From Sphyrna mokarran (taxonomy: Eukaryota): a stretch of 64,000 nucleotides of DNA. Within the stretch, counting starts at the first letter, position 1; each line of letters starts with the position of its first letter. Shown piece by piece: positions 1-12,179 of this stretch. The position numbers and the translations under genes were made by a program. Location of the stretch: NCBI GenBank assembly GCA_024679065.1, contig JAGIQG010000014.1, forward strand, positions 44,888,001-44,952,000. Reading direction: 5' to 3'. The notes under the pieces are model-generated. The model was not told the origin of the DNA. It searched no databases and worked only from the letters and a program-made list of their open reading frames with translations.

Positions 1-19
1 TGTTTACAGGCTTCACTTT

Positions 20-197
20 TTCTGTAGCTAATTAATAAATTGATAAATTGATTAACTATGAATTCCCTTTCACAAAACCATAATGAATCTTCCTGATAAC
101 TTTAAAATTTTCTAACTGCTCACGATTACCTTCTTAATGATAGCTTTGAAGACTTTCCCCCTGACAGACTTCAAGGTAACTGCTCTATAGTTTCCTG
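20..197 (-). mobile_element. Old CR1-clade LINE ORF2 fragment
   Basis: Minus-strand translation GNYRAVTLKSVRGKVFKAIIKK...HYGFVKG matches the GNYRPVSLTAVVGKVLERIIR...QHGFVKG segment of the CR1 ORF at 41273. Confidence 0.75.
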
Positions 198-428
198 AGA
201 ACAGTTCCGATATCAAGTCAAGGGTATAAGTGGTGACTACAAAATTCGTGAACAGTGCATATAGGAGACGCACTAAAACTGCTGTAATAACACAAATGAG
301 GGCTGTAAAAGGATTTGACAAGGACAAAGATCTTGGAGTCACTTTGCCCAGGCACAGGGACCAGTGGGGCTGGGATGTAAAGGATTTAATGAATGAAAAT
401 ACAAATCCAAGAATTGTGATTTTGTGAT

Positions 429-498
429 ACAGGAGATCAGCAAAAAATGGGAGTATTAAGCACACAGGAGAGCAGCAAAAAATGGGAAGATTAAGCAC
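429..498. repeat. 35-bp tandem duplication (2 copies)
   Basis: acaggagatcagcaaaaaatgggagtattaagcac (429-463) directly followed by acaggagagcagcaaaaaatgggaagattaagcac (464-498). Confidence 0.9.
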
Positions 499-1099
499 AC
501 ACATAGCTCTTACATTATCTTAAACTACTATATTTTTTTAAAGAGGGCATGTTAGAATGGCCATCCTGTACACAAGTTTCTCAATAAATCACAAAAACAT
601 GAAATCTCACAATAATTGTCAGTGTCTATTATCTCATTCACAACATCCAGTTAAGTGTTAATCTTACACACCAATTATATTGCACAATTTGTATTGGCAA
701 AAGTCAATTTCAATTTCACATTGGTGTGACATTTATCATGTGACTTCTCAGGCAATGTTATCCAGATCAAATTCTGCCAAAGAAGCACCTCCAATAGTGA
801 AGCTCAACAAGACAAGAACTTGTGTTACAAGTGTGAGCAAAGTTTTGCTTTTGGGCCAAATCCACTCAGGAAGCTTTGCAATTGCACCAGTTTCACAGCC
901 CTAAGGCAGATAGTGATCTAAATGGTTAACTCTGGCTATAGGTATTCCTGGAGATCTGATCATGTGACATTCTGACTATATGATGATGCAACTTAATCAC
1001 ATGACATCTACAAATCATAGAATGACTAAAGCTCAGAGGAAATTATTTGGCTCTTCACGTCCATATATAGAACTTGATTAATTCTTTTTCTAACTCAAT

Positions 1100-2630
1100 C
1101 CAGAAGAAAGTTTAATTCAATGGGGGAGCATTTGAGGGAACAATGGTCATTTTGCACAGTTTTTAAAAAATTAGGGTTAAAAAACTGGGAAAAAAACAAG
1201 TATAAACACTGAATGAGAGCTAGCATTAATGATTAAAAGGGGATTTAGCCCAGGGATTGGAATCAAATACTGGTAGATAAAACAGTTACTAAAAAATTGG
1301 AGGCCTTCAAAGCGGAAATGGGCAGATTCCATGAAGGGGAAATAAAGAGGCATTCAAAGCTAAAGTTTCTTGGATGGCAAATGATACCATGATTTAGTTG
1401 AGACAGAAAAAACAGGTTGATGATAGATACCATAAATCATAGTGTCTAAGATGACCTTTGAAATGTCAAAAAATTACTTGTAAAACTGGTGGTCAACTTA
1501 AATGCCAGTGTTGGTGTAGATGGTTGCCATTTTGAAATGTGAAAAAAAGCACACTAGTAATTCAAATTGAATGAATGTGACATGTTTTATTGAATAAGTT
1601 AGTTTTACAAGCATACCTTTAACCACAATCAAAATATTTTTAAAAACATCAAATTTTGGCACTAAGGTCTTTTGCTAGTCTTTGAATGATATTGGCCTTC
1701 TGCCAAAAATACTAGATATTTTCATTCCATAAAGTGACTATGCCAACAAGCTGTTTCTTTGAAATCTTTTCTGGATTCAAGCTTTGATATGGCCTGCTTA
1801 TGTGTACACATTGCATTTCTGGCAATGATGCATTCTGATGATTTTCCAGGACCCATGCTTCTCAAGGTCAGACCAGTGACTGGCTCCTGTTCTCATGGCA
1901 CATTTGATCCTAGGCATCTTCATCAGATTGGATTACTTCTTCTTCCATTCAGGTTTTCATTAACACCAAATGCTTTTTGAATGTGTTAAAAGAAAAACAA
2001 AGGTCAGTGCAAGCAAAATTGAACAAGGGAAATTTGACTCTGTGGGGGAAGAATGGGATTGTACTATTGAAAGCCAAAGAAATCAAAAACATTTTGTTAA
2101 ACCTTAGTAAAACAAGATTTGGGCTTCAATTTAGAATTTGTATTAATCCTGGGCATCATCCTTCCGGCAGGATGTTGAGGACTTGGAGGGAAGACAGAAG
2201 AAAGATATTGGAATGGTCAGAGGGTTAAAGGAATTTAGTTATGTGGGAAGCAAGGGTTGTTCTTCCTGGAGAACAAAAGGGATAAGATTTGATTTAGTAG
2301 AGCATTCAAATTCATGAAAGATCTTGATAAAATAAACAAGAAGAAATTGTTTCTTAACGAAGAGATGTTAACCAGAAAACAGACATACATTAATTGGGGA
2401 AAGATCAAGAAGTAGCATGAGGGCATTTTTATTTGTATAGCAAGTCATTATGATCTAAAATAAATTGCCTGAAAGGGGAAGGAAGCAGATTCAGTCATAA
2501 CGTTTAAAAGAGAATTAGGTAAATACTAAAGGAAACATTTCGTAGGACTATGAGGGCAGAGTGGAGATGGGACTTTCTGGATTGCTCAACCAAAGGTAGG
2601 CCAAATACTCTCCTTCTTTACTCATTCTAT
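1100..2630 (+). mobile_element. Decayed CR1 LINE pieces (ORF2 middle ~1100-1435; ORF2 3' end/UTR ~2110-2630)
   Basis: Remnants such as tggaggccttcaaagcgg (W-x-AFK) and tcttggatg (PWM-like); later ttgttcttcctggagaacaaaagg (LFSLE-x-RR-like) and a degenerate CR1 tail. Confidence 0.6.
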
Positions 2631-2766
2631 AAATTTACTGATCATATGTAACGGATAGTAATGGTTATAACGTCCTTGCATCCTACTTGTAATTGGCAAT
2701 AATTCTATAATTTGTGAATGTCAGTCCTGAAGCTGCAGCCAGAACATCTCTGCACTGTAAAAGGTT

Positions 2767-3093
2767 CATAGAATCCCTACAGTGCAAAAGAAGCCATTCG
2801 GCCTCTTGAATCTTCACCAACTCTCAGACAGAATATCTTAACTGGGTCTTTCCCCTGCAACCCCACATGTTTACCTTGGCTAATCGATCTAAACTAGACA
2901 TCTTGAGATATTAGGGCAATTTAGCATGGCCAATTCACCTAACCTACACATCTTTGGACTGTGAGAGGAAACCCAAGCAGACAAAGGGAGGACATGCAAC
3001 CTCCATACTATCCCTCAAGGCTGCAATTGAACCCAGGTCCCTGGAGTTATGAGCAGCTGTGCTACAGTACCACACTATACCACAGTGCTGCCC
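2767..3093 (-). mobile_element. HE1-type V-SINE
   Basis: Reverse complement has the tRNA-like head GGGCAGCACTGTGGTATAG..., the core AGTCCAAAGATGTGTAGGTTAGG...GGCCATGCTAAATTGCCC and the tail GCACTGTAGGGATTCTATG, shared with copies at 26170 and 31274. Confidence 0.9.
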
Positions 3094-3634
3094 TAACTGA
3101 CTCAGTTAAACACCCCAATCCATGCAACTTCTAACAGGTCTGATCTTTCTTCCTATCACCTTGGACTGTGGCTTGGATACTAGTTCCACGTGAAGGTGAC
3201 AGTTTTCAGAACATGAACTTCATACATCAAAAGCAGCTGACACAGCCCATCTAAATTGAGCTGAGGGATCACACAAAGGACAGTGGACTTAGTGTTTGAG
3301 GTACTTCTCATAGGTACATCAGCCTAAACGCAACCAAGTACCAACATTTCTAAATCACTCTCCTGTAAGTCCACTTCCTCCCAGATTGAGTTATATTCAT
3401 CCCTTTCAAATACTTACCCATTCCTTTTCAGATGGTATTGTATTGTATGCCTCAATAGCCACTTGTAGTAAGCATTTCATAAAAGTACTTAATGCAGAAT
3501 CCTTCTTTATTCCTTCCCCTTTCATCCTTCCAGTGAGAATTCTCAGTAATATCCACTTTGCCCATAATATCCCTAGTTTCACACACTCAATTAATCGTTC
3601 CATTGTCTCCACTGCTCTCATTCACCACATTATT

Positions 3635-4008
3635 TGTTTTTATTCTTACATGGGATGTGAATGTGGCTGGCTGGGTCAGTATATATTGACCATCCCTAAT
3701 TGCTTTAGCCTTGAACTGAATGGCTTGCTATTCAACACATTTTTGTGGGTCTGGAGTCACATATAAATTAGAGCAGGTAAAGGCAGTAGATTTCCTTCCA
3801 CAAAGTGGACATTAGTAAACCACATAGGTTTTTATGGCATTTGGAAATGATGTTGTGGTCATTGCTCGACTTTTAATTCTAGGTTTCTTTTACTGAATTC
3901 AAATCTCACCTTCTGCCATAACAAGATTTGAACCTAGGTCGCCAAAATATGACGTTAAGTCTCTGGGTTATTAGTCCAAAGACAACAACAATGTGCCTTT
4001 TGTCCCCA
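3635..4008 (-). mobile_element. tRNA-derived SINE, family 2 (tail shared with the LINE at 6130)
   Basis: Homologous to 47320-47647, 54170-54527 and 61994-62303 (ctggagtcacat...agatttcc...gaattcaaat blocks); 3' tail TAGGGATGGTCAATATATACTGACCCAGCC...ACATCCCATG. Confidence 0.8.
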
Positions 4009-4965
4009 TATTGTTGAGGCTTCTATCCCTGCAGGAAATGTTGGGTTTCATCCCATCTCCAGTCTCCCCCTCCTCTCTCCCAAGTAGCCAAACCGATCAA
4101 TTTTCTTCTTGCTCCCCCACCTAAACCCTCACCCTTGACAACTAGTACCAAGTCCCCCTTCCCTCTCAATGCATTGTCCCATGACTTTCATTGATTCTCC
4201 ATTTTCCTCGCCTCTCCCCACCTGAGCCTCAGTCCCTTATCTTCTAATCCTTATTTACCCTGGTCAGAAATAGATAACGTATAACTTGCTAAATAAACCA
4301 TCATGAGCAGTGGTTGATCTACCACACCAAAAGTTATTAGTAAGGAACAGTGCTTAATAGAGTTGAAACTAGGAGGCTGTGCACTTAGTCAAAGAGACTT
4401 ACAGGAACAGCCAACTATTAATAGTAAACAATCTAGTGAAGGTCACTATTGCTGTTAACATTTATGCTTGAGGGACCTGTCAGGCATCCACAGGGATATG
4501 ACAGGAAACAGTCATTATATTCTCCATTGCTACATTAAGAGTATAACAGAAATCCTCTTTTGCTACTGAGACACAATTAGTGATGATTTTCACAAAGTAC
4601 AGAATGTTATTGATTGCACGATATAACCATTCATGCACCTACCAGCAATCCTGCAGCATTCCTAAATAAAAGTATAATACTTATCCATCAACAGGCAAAT
4701 CATGTGCAACTACTGACCAAAAATAATATGTATCAATACATGATTTGCAGGAGTGTGTCTGATGTTTTCATTCTTGTTCCAATTGTGAGGTTTATAGTAT
4801 TGTTATGTTTAGAACTGTGTCTTTGGTTTAAGATAAAACAGACAAGATCATGTAATCTGTACTGAAGTCTCCTTGATGACAATCTGGAGCAGTTAAAAAT
4901 TAAGGAGAGTCCATGATTGAATAACTGAGGCAATGCTGTAACGCAATCACAGTTAGAATTCACAA

Positions 4966-6110
4966 TGGAATTCTCCCATCCAGGACTAAGTCTTGTGATG
5001 GGGTTTTAGGACGGGGAGTGTTTCCTGCTGCAGAGGTTGATAGGAACCTGCACCATATCTTTTGGACTCCGTGTAATTAATTATGCATAAGGATTTTGAG
5101 TCATCTTTGAAGACTTGATGACATGCGTTCCACTGTCATATCTAGGTGCAATATTTAAGAAGCAGCCAGACAATGTTGGATCACAAATAGAAAGATGTCT
5201 GCAAAGTCATCAGCTGGCCCAGTTCCCAAATTCAATGATGCCTCCCTGGATGACCTGGGCCACATCAAAGTATGCATGAATGTGCTTAACACATTTGATG
5301 GGAGGGGTAGGCTAAACAGGAATACTAATACTGCATGGGCATATGTGGTCGATGCCATCAGTGGTCAGGAGATGCACAAGAGATCATTTTGCTGGAAGGG
5401 AATTAGTCATCTTATTCACACCACCAGAGTAAGTTTCTTCAGATTGTCGCATAAAGACTTCAGTATGTCAGAGTCAAAGGCCCAGTGGCAATAGCATGTC
5501 CTGCCTTACAGCCTCACTCCAGTTCATCCACATTGCTGTGGAGTGATCCCTGTTACTCCTTCAGCCAACAACAGACATGGAACACTGCATAGAATGAGGG
5601 TGGGGGCTGACTTGAGTGTAAGAAGGAGAACCAGCAACCTCGGCAAATCACATGCTTACTGGAGCTTCCTCTTGCATGTGAAAATGCTTGGTGTTGTGGA
5701 GAGAACTGGTTCACAACCTTTCCGACCAATTCGCACCAGTGATGACCTGGCATAAAAGTGGGTTATCTTACAGACTGAGGTATGAAAAATTAACCAATTT
5801 TCACTGCTCCAATCCATAAAACATGCAACTCCCCTCAAACATGCTGACCTCTATGAGCAATAACAGATCAGACACAACTGAAGAGTGTGTCAGATGACAG
5901 GGTGGGGTTAGGGTTTGGGGTGGGAGGGCATGGTGTCCATTTCTCAATCGCTCACAGAGCTCAAGGAGAGAGCATCTGAAATCATAAGAGTGGATTGGGA
6001 CTGAGCCATTGGCAAAGAGAGTTTGGCCTTAGGTATCTACCTATTCACGTCAACTTGAAACTGATTTTTGAGCCTTCTACTGAATTCTCCACCCCTCCGC
6101 TGTTCCCATT
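4966..6110 (+). mobile_element. PIF/Harbinger-type relic carrying a decayed Myb/SANT-like DNA-binding gene
   Basis: ORF 5195-5494 MSAKSSAGPVPKFNDASLDDL...NTAWAYVVDAI...KRSFCWKGISHL resembles the Myb/SANT-like pattern (P-x-F-x-D..L; AW; R...C..K..NDL); left end ggaattctccc/ggactaag is shared with the element at ~38000. Confidence 0.6.
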
Positions 6111-6129
6111 GCCTGCCTGAAATGACAAG

Positions 6130-6397
6130 GAGAGCAGTTGCATGGGAACACCACCATTGCCTGCAAATTCCCCTCCAAGCTACACTACCATCCTGACTTG
6201 AAACTCTGTTCCTTCACTGTTGCTGGGTCAAAATTCTGGAACTCCCTTCTAAAAAGCACCGTGAGTGTACCTACAACACAGAGACTGCAGCAGTTCAAGA
6301 AGGCAGCTAATCACCACCTTCTGAAGGAGAAATTATATTAGGGATGGGCAATAAGTGCTGGCATGGCCAAAAACACTCACATTCTGTGAAAGAAATG
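6130..6397 (+). mobile_element. 3' end of a CR1/L2-group LINE
   Basis: ORF end SFTVAGSKFWNSL...LQQFKKAANHHLLK is a typical LINE ORF2 C-terminus, followed by tail gggatgggcaataagtgctggc. Confidence 0.75.
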
Positions 6398-6822
6398 CTG
6401 TTAAAAACTTGGGAAAATAACTACAAAATGCCAAATCGTATTACCAGATTTTCTGTACCCATAGCATTTTGCTTTTGGCCTAGGTTTATGTATTAACAGT
6501 TCCAATTGGTACTTTTATTTCAGGGTGATTGCTAAATATGTTGACATGCCAAATGTGTTCATGTTTTCCGTTCAAAACATGATTGAATGTCACTTCCCCT
6601 TTGCAATGACTGTGCTAGAACAGCTGCATTTTATTGGTTGGGCTTTCTTTTTTCTACTGGCCCAGATTATGATTGTGATTATGATTAGTCCAGTTTGCCA
6701 TGGTGAGAATTCATTTCCATGAACAATGCTCCTGGTGTTTCCATGCTGCTGACATCTCACATTTTTACATGCAACAGGGCTACAATGGATTTGAACAGCA
6801 AAGTTTTCTGTGGTCAGAAAGA

Positions 6823-7307
6823 AAGGAAGAAGTTTGACATGTCAGCTATGACTCTCACCAACTTTTACAGACGTACCATAGAAAATATTCTTTCTGGTTT
6901 TATCACTGCTTGGTATGGCTCTTGCTCTGCCCAAGTCTGCAAGGAACTACAAAAGGTCATGAATGTAATCCAATCCATCACGTAAATCAGCCGCCCGTCC
7001 ATTAACTCTGTCTACACTTTCCATTGCCTCTAATTGCACTGCAAGCATTCTCTCTTCCACCTTCTTCCTTTGGAAAAAGATACAAAAGTCTGAGATCACA
7101 TACCAACCAGCTCAAGAACTCTTCCCTGCTGTCGTCAGACTTTTGAATGGAATTACCTTGCATTGATCTTTCTCTACACGTTAGCAATGACTATAACACG
7201 ACATTCTGCACTCTCTCATTTTCTTCTCGATGAACGATATGTTTTGCCTATATAGTGCTTCTCATTGTATGCTAATATATGTGACAATAATAATTCAAAT
7301 CAAATCA
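6823..7307 (+). mobile_element. 3' fragment of a Rex1/Babar-type LINE
   Basis: Translation KKFDMSAMTLTNFYRRTIENILSGFITAWYGSCSAQVCKELQKVMNVIQSI matches the Rex1-type C-terminal region (FYR..IESIL...I..WYG); ends in gtgacaataataattcaaatcaaatca. Confidence 0.8.
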
Positions 7308-7394
7308 TATCAAAAAGCAGTAAAGCTGGCTTACTTGCCTGATTTTTCTATAATTGTGCCTGCAATACTGTTCAATTCAGAACAAGAAAAAGAA

Positions 7395-7806
7395 AACAAT
7401 GCATTTGCATAGCACTTTTCATGATGACATGATGTCCCGAAGTGCTTTGTAGCCAATTGCAATCTTTGAAGCATAGGCACTATTTCAATGTAGGAAACAT
7501 AGTAACCTTCCATGAAGAACAATGTGATGATGACCAGGTAATTTGTTCTAGTGATGTTGATTGAGGGATAAATATTGCCCATGTTAATAGGGAAAAACCC
7601 CTGCTTTTCTCCAGAATAGTGATGTGGAATTTTCATGTTCACCCGAGAGGGCAGACGAAACCAGCTTTAATGTTTCAGTGCCTCTGACAGTGCAGTATTC
7701 CCTCAGAACTGTACTTGAGTGTCAGCTTCGATTTTCTGCTAAAGTCCTGTTGTGGGACTTTAACACACAGCCTTGTGACTCAAAGGCAAGAGTATTACCA
7801 ACTGAG
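7395..7806 (-). mobile_element. DeuSINE-like SINE (SacSINE1/AmnSINE1 group)
   Basis: Reverse complement: CTCAGTTGGTAATACTCTTGCCTTTGAGTCACAAGG...AAGTCCCAC head, GAGGGAATACTGCACTGTCAGAGGCAC core, tail ...GCTATGCAAATGCA; homologous to 28237-28605. Confidence 0.75.
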
Positions 7807-7886
7807 TGGAGCAATATCGAGGCCTTACTTTACTGACCATAAATCATTCTGGTTTTCAAAATTCTGTTTTACTTTTTGAAAATAAT

Positions 7887-8813
7887 GTGCAGAATTCTCT
7901 GAAAAAAATTCTAATGATGGGATAATTTACACCAGTCTCTCAGGTGCACCGCAATCCTCCCACACTGAAGTTACTTCAGTGGAGTATTGGAAGTTTTGTA
8001 CCAGTACTAGGGGGGCCTAAACTGGGGGTTAACCTGGCTTCTAAGCACGAGGGCAACATTTGCAAGGGTGCACTCTGAAAATCAGAGTGCGCTGATTTTC
8101 CACCTTCCTCATCCCACAGACATTGGGACCTCCTCATCGGCAGGCAGCATGTTCCCCCCACCCCTTTTCTGACACAGGTCGCCGGCGTAGGGACATCAAG
8201 GCCCTCCCAATGAGTTCCTGTGCCCGACACTCAACTTATCCACTTCCCCAATCCATCCCTGCTAACACATCTGACCCCTGCCAAGTATTGTCCTCCCATC
8301 ATGGCCCCCACTACGGCCCACCCCCCTTGGCACTGCTCCTGATACATAGGCAGTACCCAGCTGGCACCACCAGGCCATCTGGTGGGCATTGCTGAGCTGT
8401 CCAGTGGCCACTGGCAGGCACTGTCAGTGTACCAGTTGGGCCCTACCAAATGGGCCTTGCCAAGTGGGTATTACACAATGGATACCATCTAGCCATGCCC
8501 CCCATCACGTGGGGGCTTCAATGGCCTCCAAGCTTCCTAGCGTGACCATTGTGTCAGCTCTCTGCTAGCGGAGACCGGTTCTCACTGTGATCATCTGAAG
8601 GTCACCGAATCTTGTGTACTTGAATTTGAAAGGGCTATGCATATTTACATTTTACTTTCGATAGATATGCAATTTGGTTTGCACCATTAGGAAACAGCCA
8701 GGAGACTGTAAATTATTTAGTAACTAATGTGAAACGGATTCTTAGGCATGCATACTATTCCTTGAGACCAGCGCCATCTACTAATGACATGGCGAGGTTG
8801 GAAAATTAAGCCC
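7887..8813. mobile_element. Non-autonomous Harbinger-type element (MITE-like)
   Basis: Imperfect TIR-like ends gtgcagaattctc ... ggaaaattaagccc; GC-rich interior; no coding capacity. Confidence 0.5.
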
Positions 8814-8929
8814 CCCCCCCACCCACTGTCTGTGAATTCATAATGATGCAACAAATGCAGTTTACTGATTAGCTATGTGATTTTTATAAAACAATGATAA
8901 ATCAAAAAAAGGTAAATACAAACCTAATG

Positions 8930-9296
8930 TGGACCAAAAAGACCCTAAAATGATTTTCTGGTCTATACTGTGAGCTGATTTTAAATAGTTAGCAATGGGA
9001 CCTGATCATACCGATTTCTCTAGGGAGGAGAAATATTAGTCAGAATTGGCATTCCTGATTGCTACCAAGTGATTCCTGCTGGAAAGTTTGTGTGTGTGTG
9101 TATACTGACAATGAATGATTAGCTTCAGCCGAGATGCTCCATGCTTGAACGACCATCGCAACAATCAGTCTCTAAGCTCTTGCATTAAGAATAATCTCCT
9201 GAGCAATACAGGAAGGCTGTCAGCACCTGTGGAACCGTCTTCCAGCATCAGTCACTGGCTTCAGGAAGGGGGGAGGGGAAAAGTGGAAAAACAAAA
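8930..9296 (+). mobile_element. Ancient SINE, AmnSINE2-like
   Basis: Blocks tagggaggagaaat, cctgattgctaccaagtgattcctgctggaaagt, gtggaaccgtcttccagca, ttcaggaaggggggaggggaaaag; family name from memory. A more diverged copy lies at ~58245-58585. Confidence 0.55.
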
Positions 9297-9599
9297 GACA
9301 GTTAAATATTGATCTGTTTCAGTTGATATTTAGTATTGAAAATTATACATATCGACTTTATATTAAATACGGGACCTTCTGATATTTACCATTTGTGAGA
9401 GGGGGATAGGTGGGAGTGGGGGGTGGGGAGGTTGGTAGGGAGGGAGCTGCTGCTGATTGGAAGACAAAGCTCCCTCAGTTAAACAAGTTATTTTCAATCA
9501 ACTGAATGGAAGGTGCTGATTTGGATTTCCATCTTCACTGTAGTGCTTTTGGTGGAAGCATTCATTACTTGCCTCACTTTCTGTGGTCAGATTAGTTTT

Positions 9600-9726
9600 T
9601 ATTATTATTATTGTTATTATTTATTTATCAGTGCCACAAATAAACTTACAATAACACTGCAATAAATCCCCTAGTTGCTACACTCCAGTGCCTGTTCAGA
9701 TACACTGACGGAGAATTTAGCATGCC
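9600..9726 (-). mobile_element. 3' part of a tail-variant V-SINE
   Basis: Reverse complement GCATGCTAAATTCTCCGTCAGTGTA...GGAGTGTAGCAACTAGGGG...TGCAGTGTTATTGTAAG...GATAAATAA matches the tail of the SINE at 59331. Confidence 0.75.
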
Positions 9727-10821
9727 CTTATACTGAGATTGCCAGGACTGTTTACATTGCTACCTGAGCTGGGGATGTGGAAATTGACGTTGTGCCTTGC
9801 TGCTTTCACCTGCATTCTATCATAACTATTTTAATCACTAAAAATAGTTAATCTTCAAAGACTATGATCATTCTGGAAGAATTTGTGTTTTTTTAAAACG
9901 CTTTGTCCGGAAAAGGATTAATGCAAGAACTCTGGTTGCTATTGTTCTTGGAAAAGTCAGCATTTTACAAGAAAAATTAAGTGGTTTTAAAAGAAGCTGG
10001 AAACCTTTTAACCACGGAGGATCAGGGTTTATCAGAGGGTTTATAACTTCGAGAAAAATAATATTTGAAACTTGTGCTAAAAAGCTGGTCAGCTGTTTTG
10101 CTTTGGAGGAAACAAGAAGGATCAACTGCTTGGGTAAAGTAGACAGCTGCTGAAACTCCAAGCACCATCCAAAGCAAATAGTAATGGAAGTCACTTGATG
10201 TTCTGGAATTCATTGACTGCAAGTTTTCCTCAAAGTCTGCCTGAAAAACTAATACTTCATTGTTTCGCAGACCACTGCTGAGAAGCCATATAATATAGAT
10301 GCCGTATTAAGGATTCTACCATTTATCTGTTTTCCCTTGAACAACGGGCTTTTGTTTATTTGGCAGAATTCTGTATGTGTGTGCATGTGTGTCATAGGCA
10401 GTGCATTTCCCCCCCACCCCCCATCCCCATCCCCATCCCGGCCATAACAACGTCTAAATTTATTTGCTCCTCCTCCTCCGAGGAGAAATGGTTTGATTTC
10501 TATTTCATGGATCCAAAGTAGATGGTCATATATTTCCCCCTCTTGAATTCCATCTGTCCCAGTTAACTGAATTTGATATGTCCCTTTGTAGCTTCCTACT
10601 CCTATCAGCACAACTTACCATATCTCATAACTTAATATCACCTGAAAACTTGAATTGCAGTCCTATGTCATTGATGTTTTATACTGAAAAGTTGAGGCCC
10701 AGTACTCTCTGAAAATCACTACTTCTCACATCATTGCCTTTATTCTTACTCTCTCTACTTCCAACCAATTATCTCCATAACAAGATTATCTGCATTATGT
10801 GCACTTATATAAACACCATTC

Positions 10822-11360
10822 TGTAATAGTCATCAGTTAGGTTTAAAAAACTGTAATATTTATTCATATAACTATAATACAGAGTCTTGCAGCCTCATGG
10901 CTGCCAGTCAGCTCCCAAAAAGGTTCTGGAACCCAAGCTCCCGGGGATGATCCCCCATCTTGATTGGCTCCTGGGTCATATGATCTTTGCTCTGCTAATG
11001 AATTCTTAAATGGACAATCACCATATCCTTCGCTCTCTAAGATCATTTTTATACAATTGTCAATATTCAATTTCCACAGTCCAAGATAATTAAACCTTTA
11101 GCATGTGAATTTGGTCAATAATAAATGAAGCCTTTCAGGCAATTACTGAATCCTCATGGAATGGTGTTACTCTTCTGTCTGGGGCGCTATCCCAGGATTG
11201 CTGTCAACTAAAACCACAATGACAGGTGCCTCTTCAGGCACAGCCAGTTCAGTTCTATCTGTTTCCATGGAGACATCAGTTGTGCCTGCCACAGGACGAC
11301 CAGGTGCTTTAGTGCTTGGATACTCAACAATATTCCCAGATGGCCAAAATAGCTCTTAGA
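10822..11360 (-). mobile_element. Gypsy LTR-retrotransposon 3' end: LTR (10822-11025), polypurine tract (11026-11040), decayed integrase tail
   Basis: Minus strand: ...EE*HHSMRIQ*LPERLHL (decayed RRS-x-R-x-RKPPERL-type motif), PPT TTAGAGAGCGAAGGA, then LTR TATGGTGATTGTCC...AATAAA...TATTACA. Confidence 0.75.
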
Positions 11361-11892
11361 CAATTACCACAGCAAAGAAAGGGGGGAAAACAATCAGAAG
11401 CAAATTGCAAGCTCAGAGATGTTTTGGATTTTGATGACTCACAATAGCATTTAGATTTCAATGTACCTGAATTGCTTGCAGGTAAGTTCCTTTTGAAATA
11501 GTGCTTCCAGCCACATCGTGAAGCTAATCCTATTAGTCTTACTTAGCAATTATGTCGGGGGGGGGGGGAACTTCTTACTTGTCATGTTAAAATTGAGTCG
11601 GAGTACTAATGATAGGACCTTTGTTTGAATTTATTCATGAGCAATCCTATTTCTGCTGGGAATGTTTGTGGCAGTCAGGTCCAAAGTTAAAATAATGATC
11701 AATGGATTTTTAGTGGGATTTTCATTCCTGATTTTGACTGCTCACCAGCCCTGTTCCCACTGAATGCTTGGGTTCAAATCATGCTGACACAAACTTAAGC
11801 TGCAAGATTCAAATTCTTCCACTAGAAAACAAATATAAATATATTTTTAATGATTTTATTTAACATGAATACTTTTTTTACTTGTTAATGGA

Positions 11893-12079
11893 TGGAAGTG
11901 ATTGTCCCTTTGAGGATCCATCTGCAAAGTAAAGGTTCATTCACATAACTTGGGTTTCTGTTCCAGAACCTTCTCAGGAGCTGACTGGCAGCTATGAGGC
12001 TACAAGTCTCTGCATTGTAGTTATATGTAAATAAACATTACAGTTATTGTTTACCCAACTGGTGAATATGATTATTACA
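11893..12079 (+). mobile_element. LTR of the same Gypsy family in opposite orientation
   Basis: gtgattgtccctt...ttccagaaccttctcaggagctgactggcagctatgaggctacaagtctctg...aataaacattacag...tattaca is the reverse-complement homologue of 10822-11025. Confidence 0.8.
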
Positions 12080-12179
12080 TCATGTAATATTATAACATGT
12101 ACTTAAACAATGAGTGAGGAACAGCAACAACAGTCTCAAAAACCAGAATAAGCATCAGTTATCCCTGTTAGAAAATAGC

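Noticed and set aside
6524-6702. Plus-strand exon-like segment (179 nt, open frame)
   Set aside because: No recognisable protein and no supported partner exons; consistent with chance splice motifs.
10822-12079. DIRS-like element with inverted terminal repeats
   Set aside because: PPT, TG..CA-type ends and a Gypsy integrase tail indicate ordinary LTRs; no tyrosine recombinase remnant seen.
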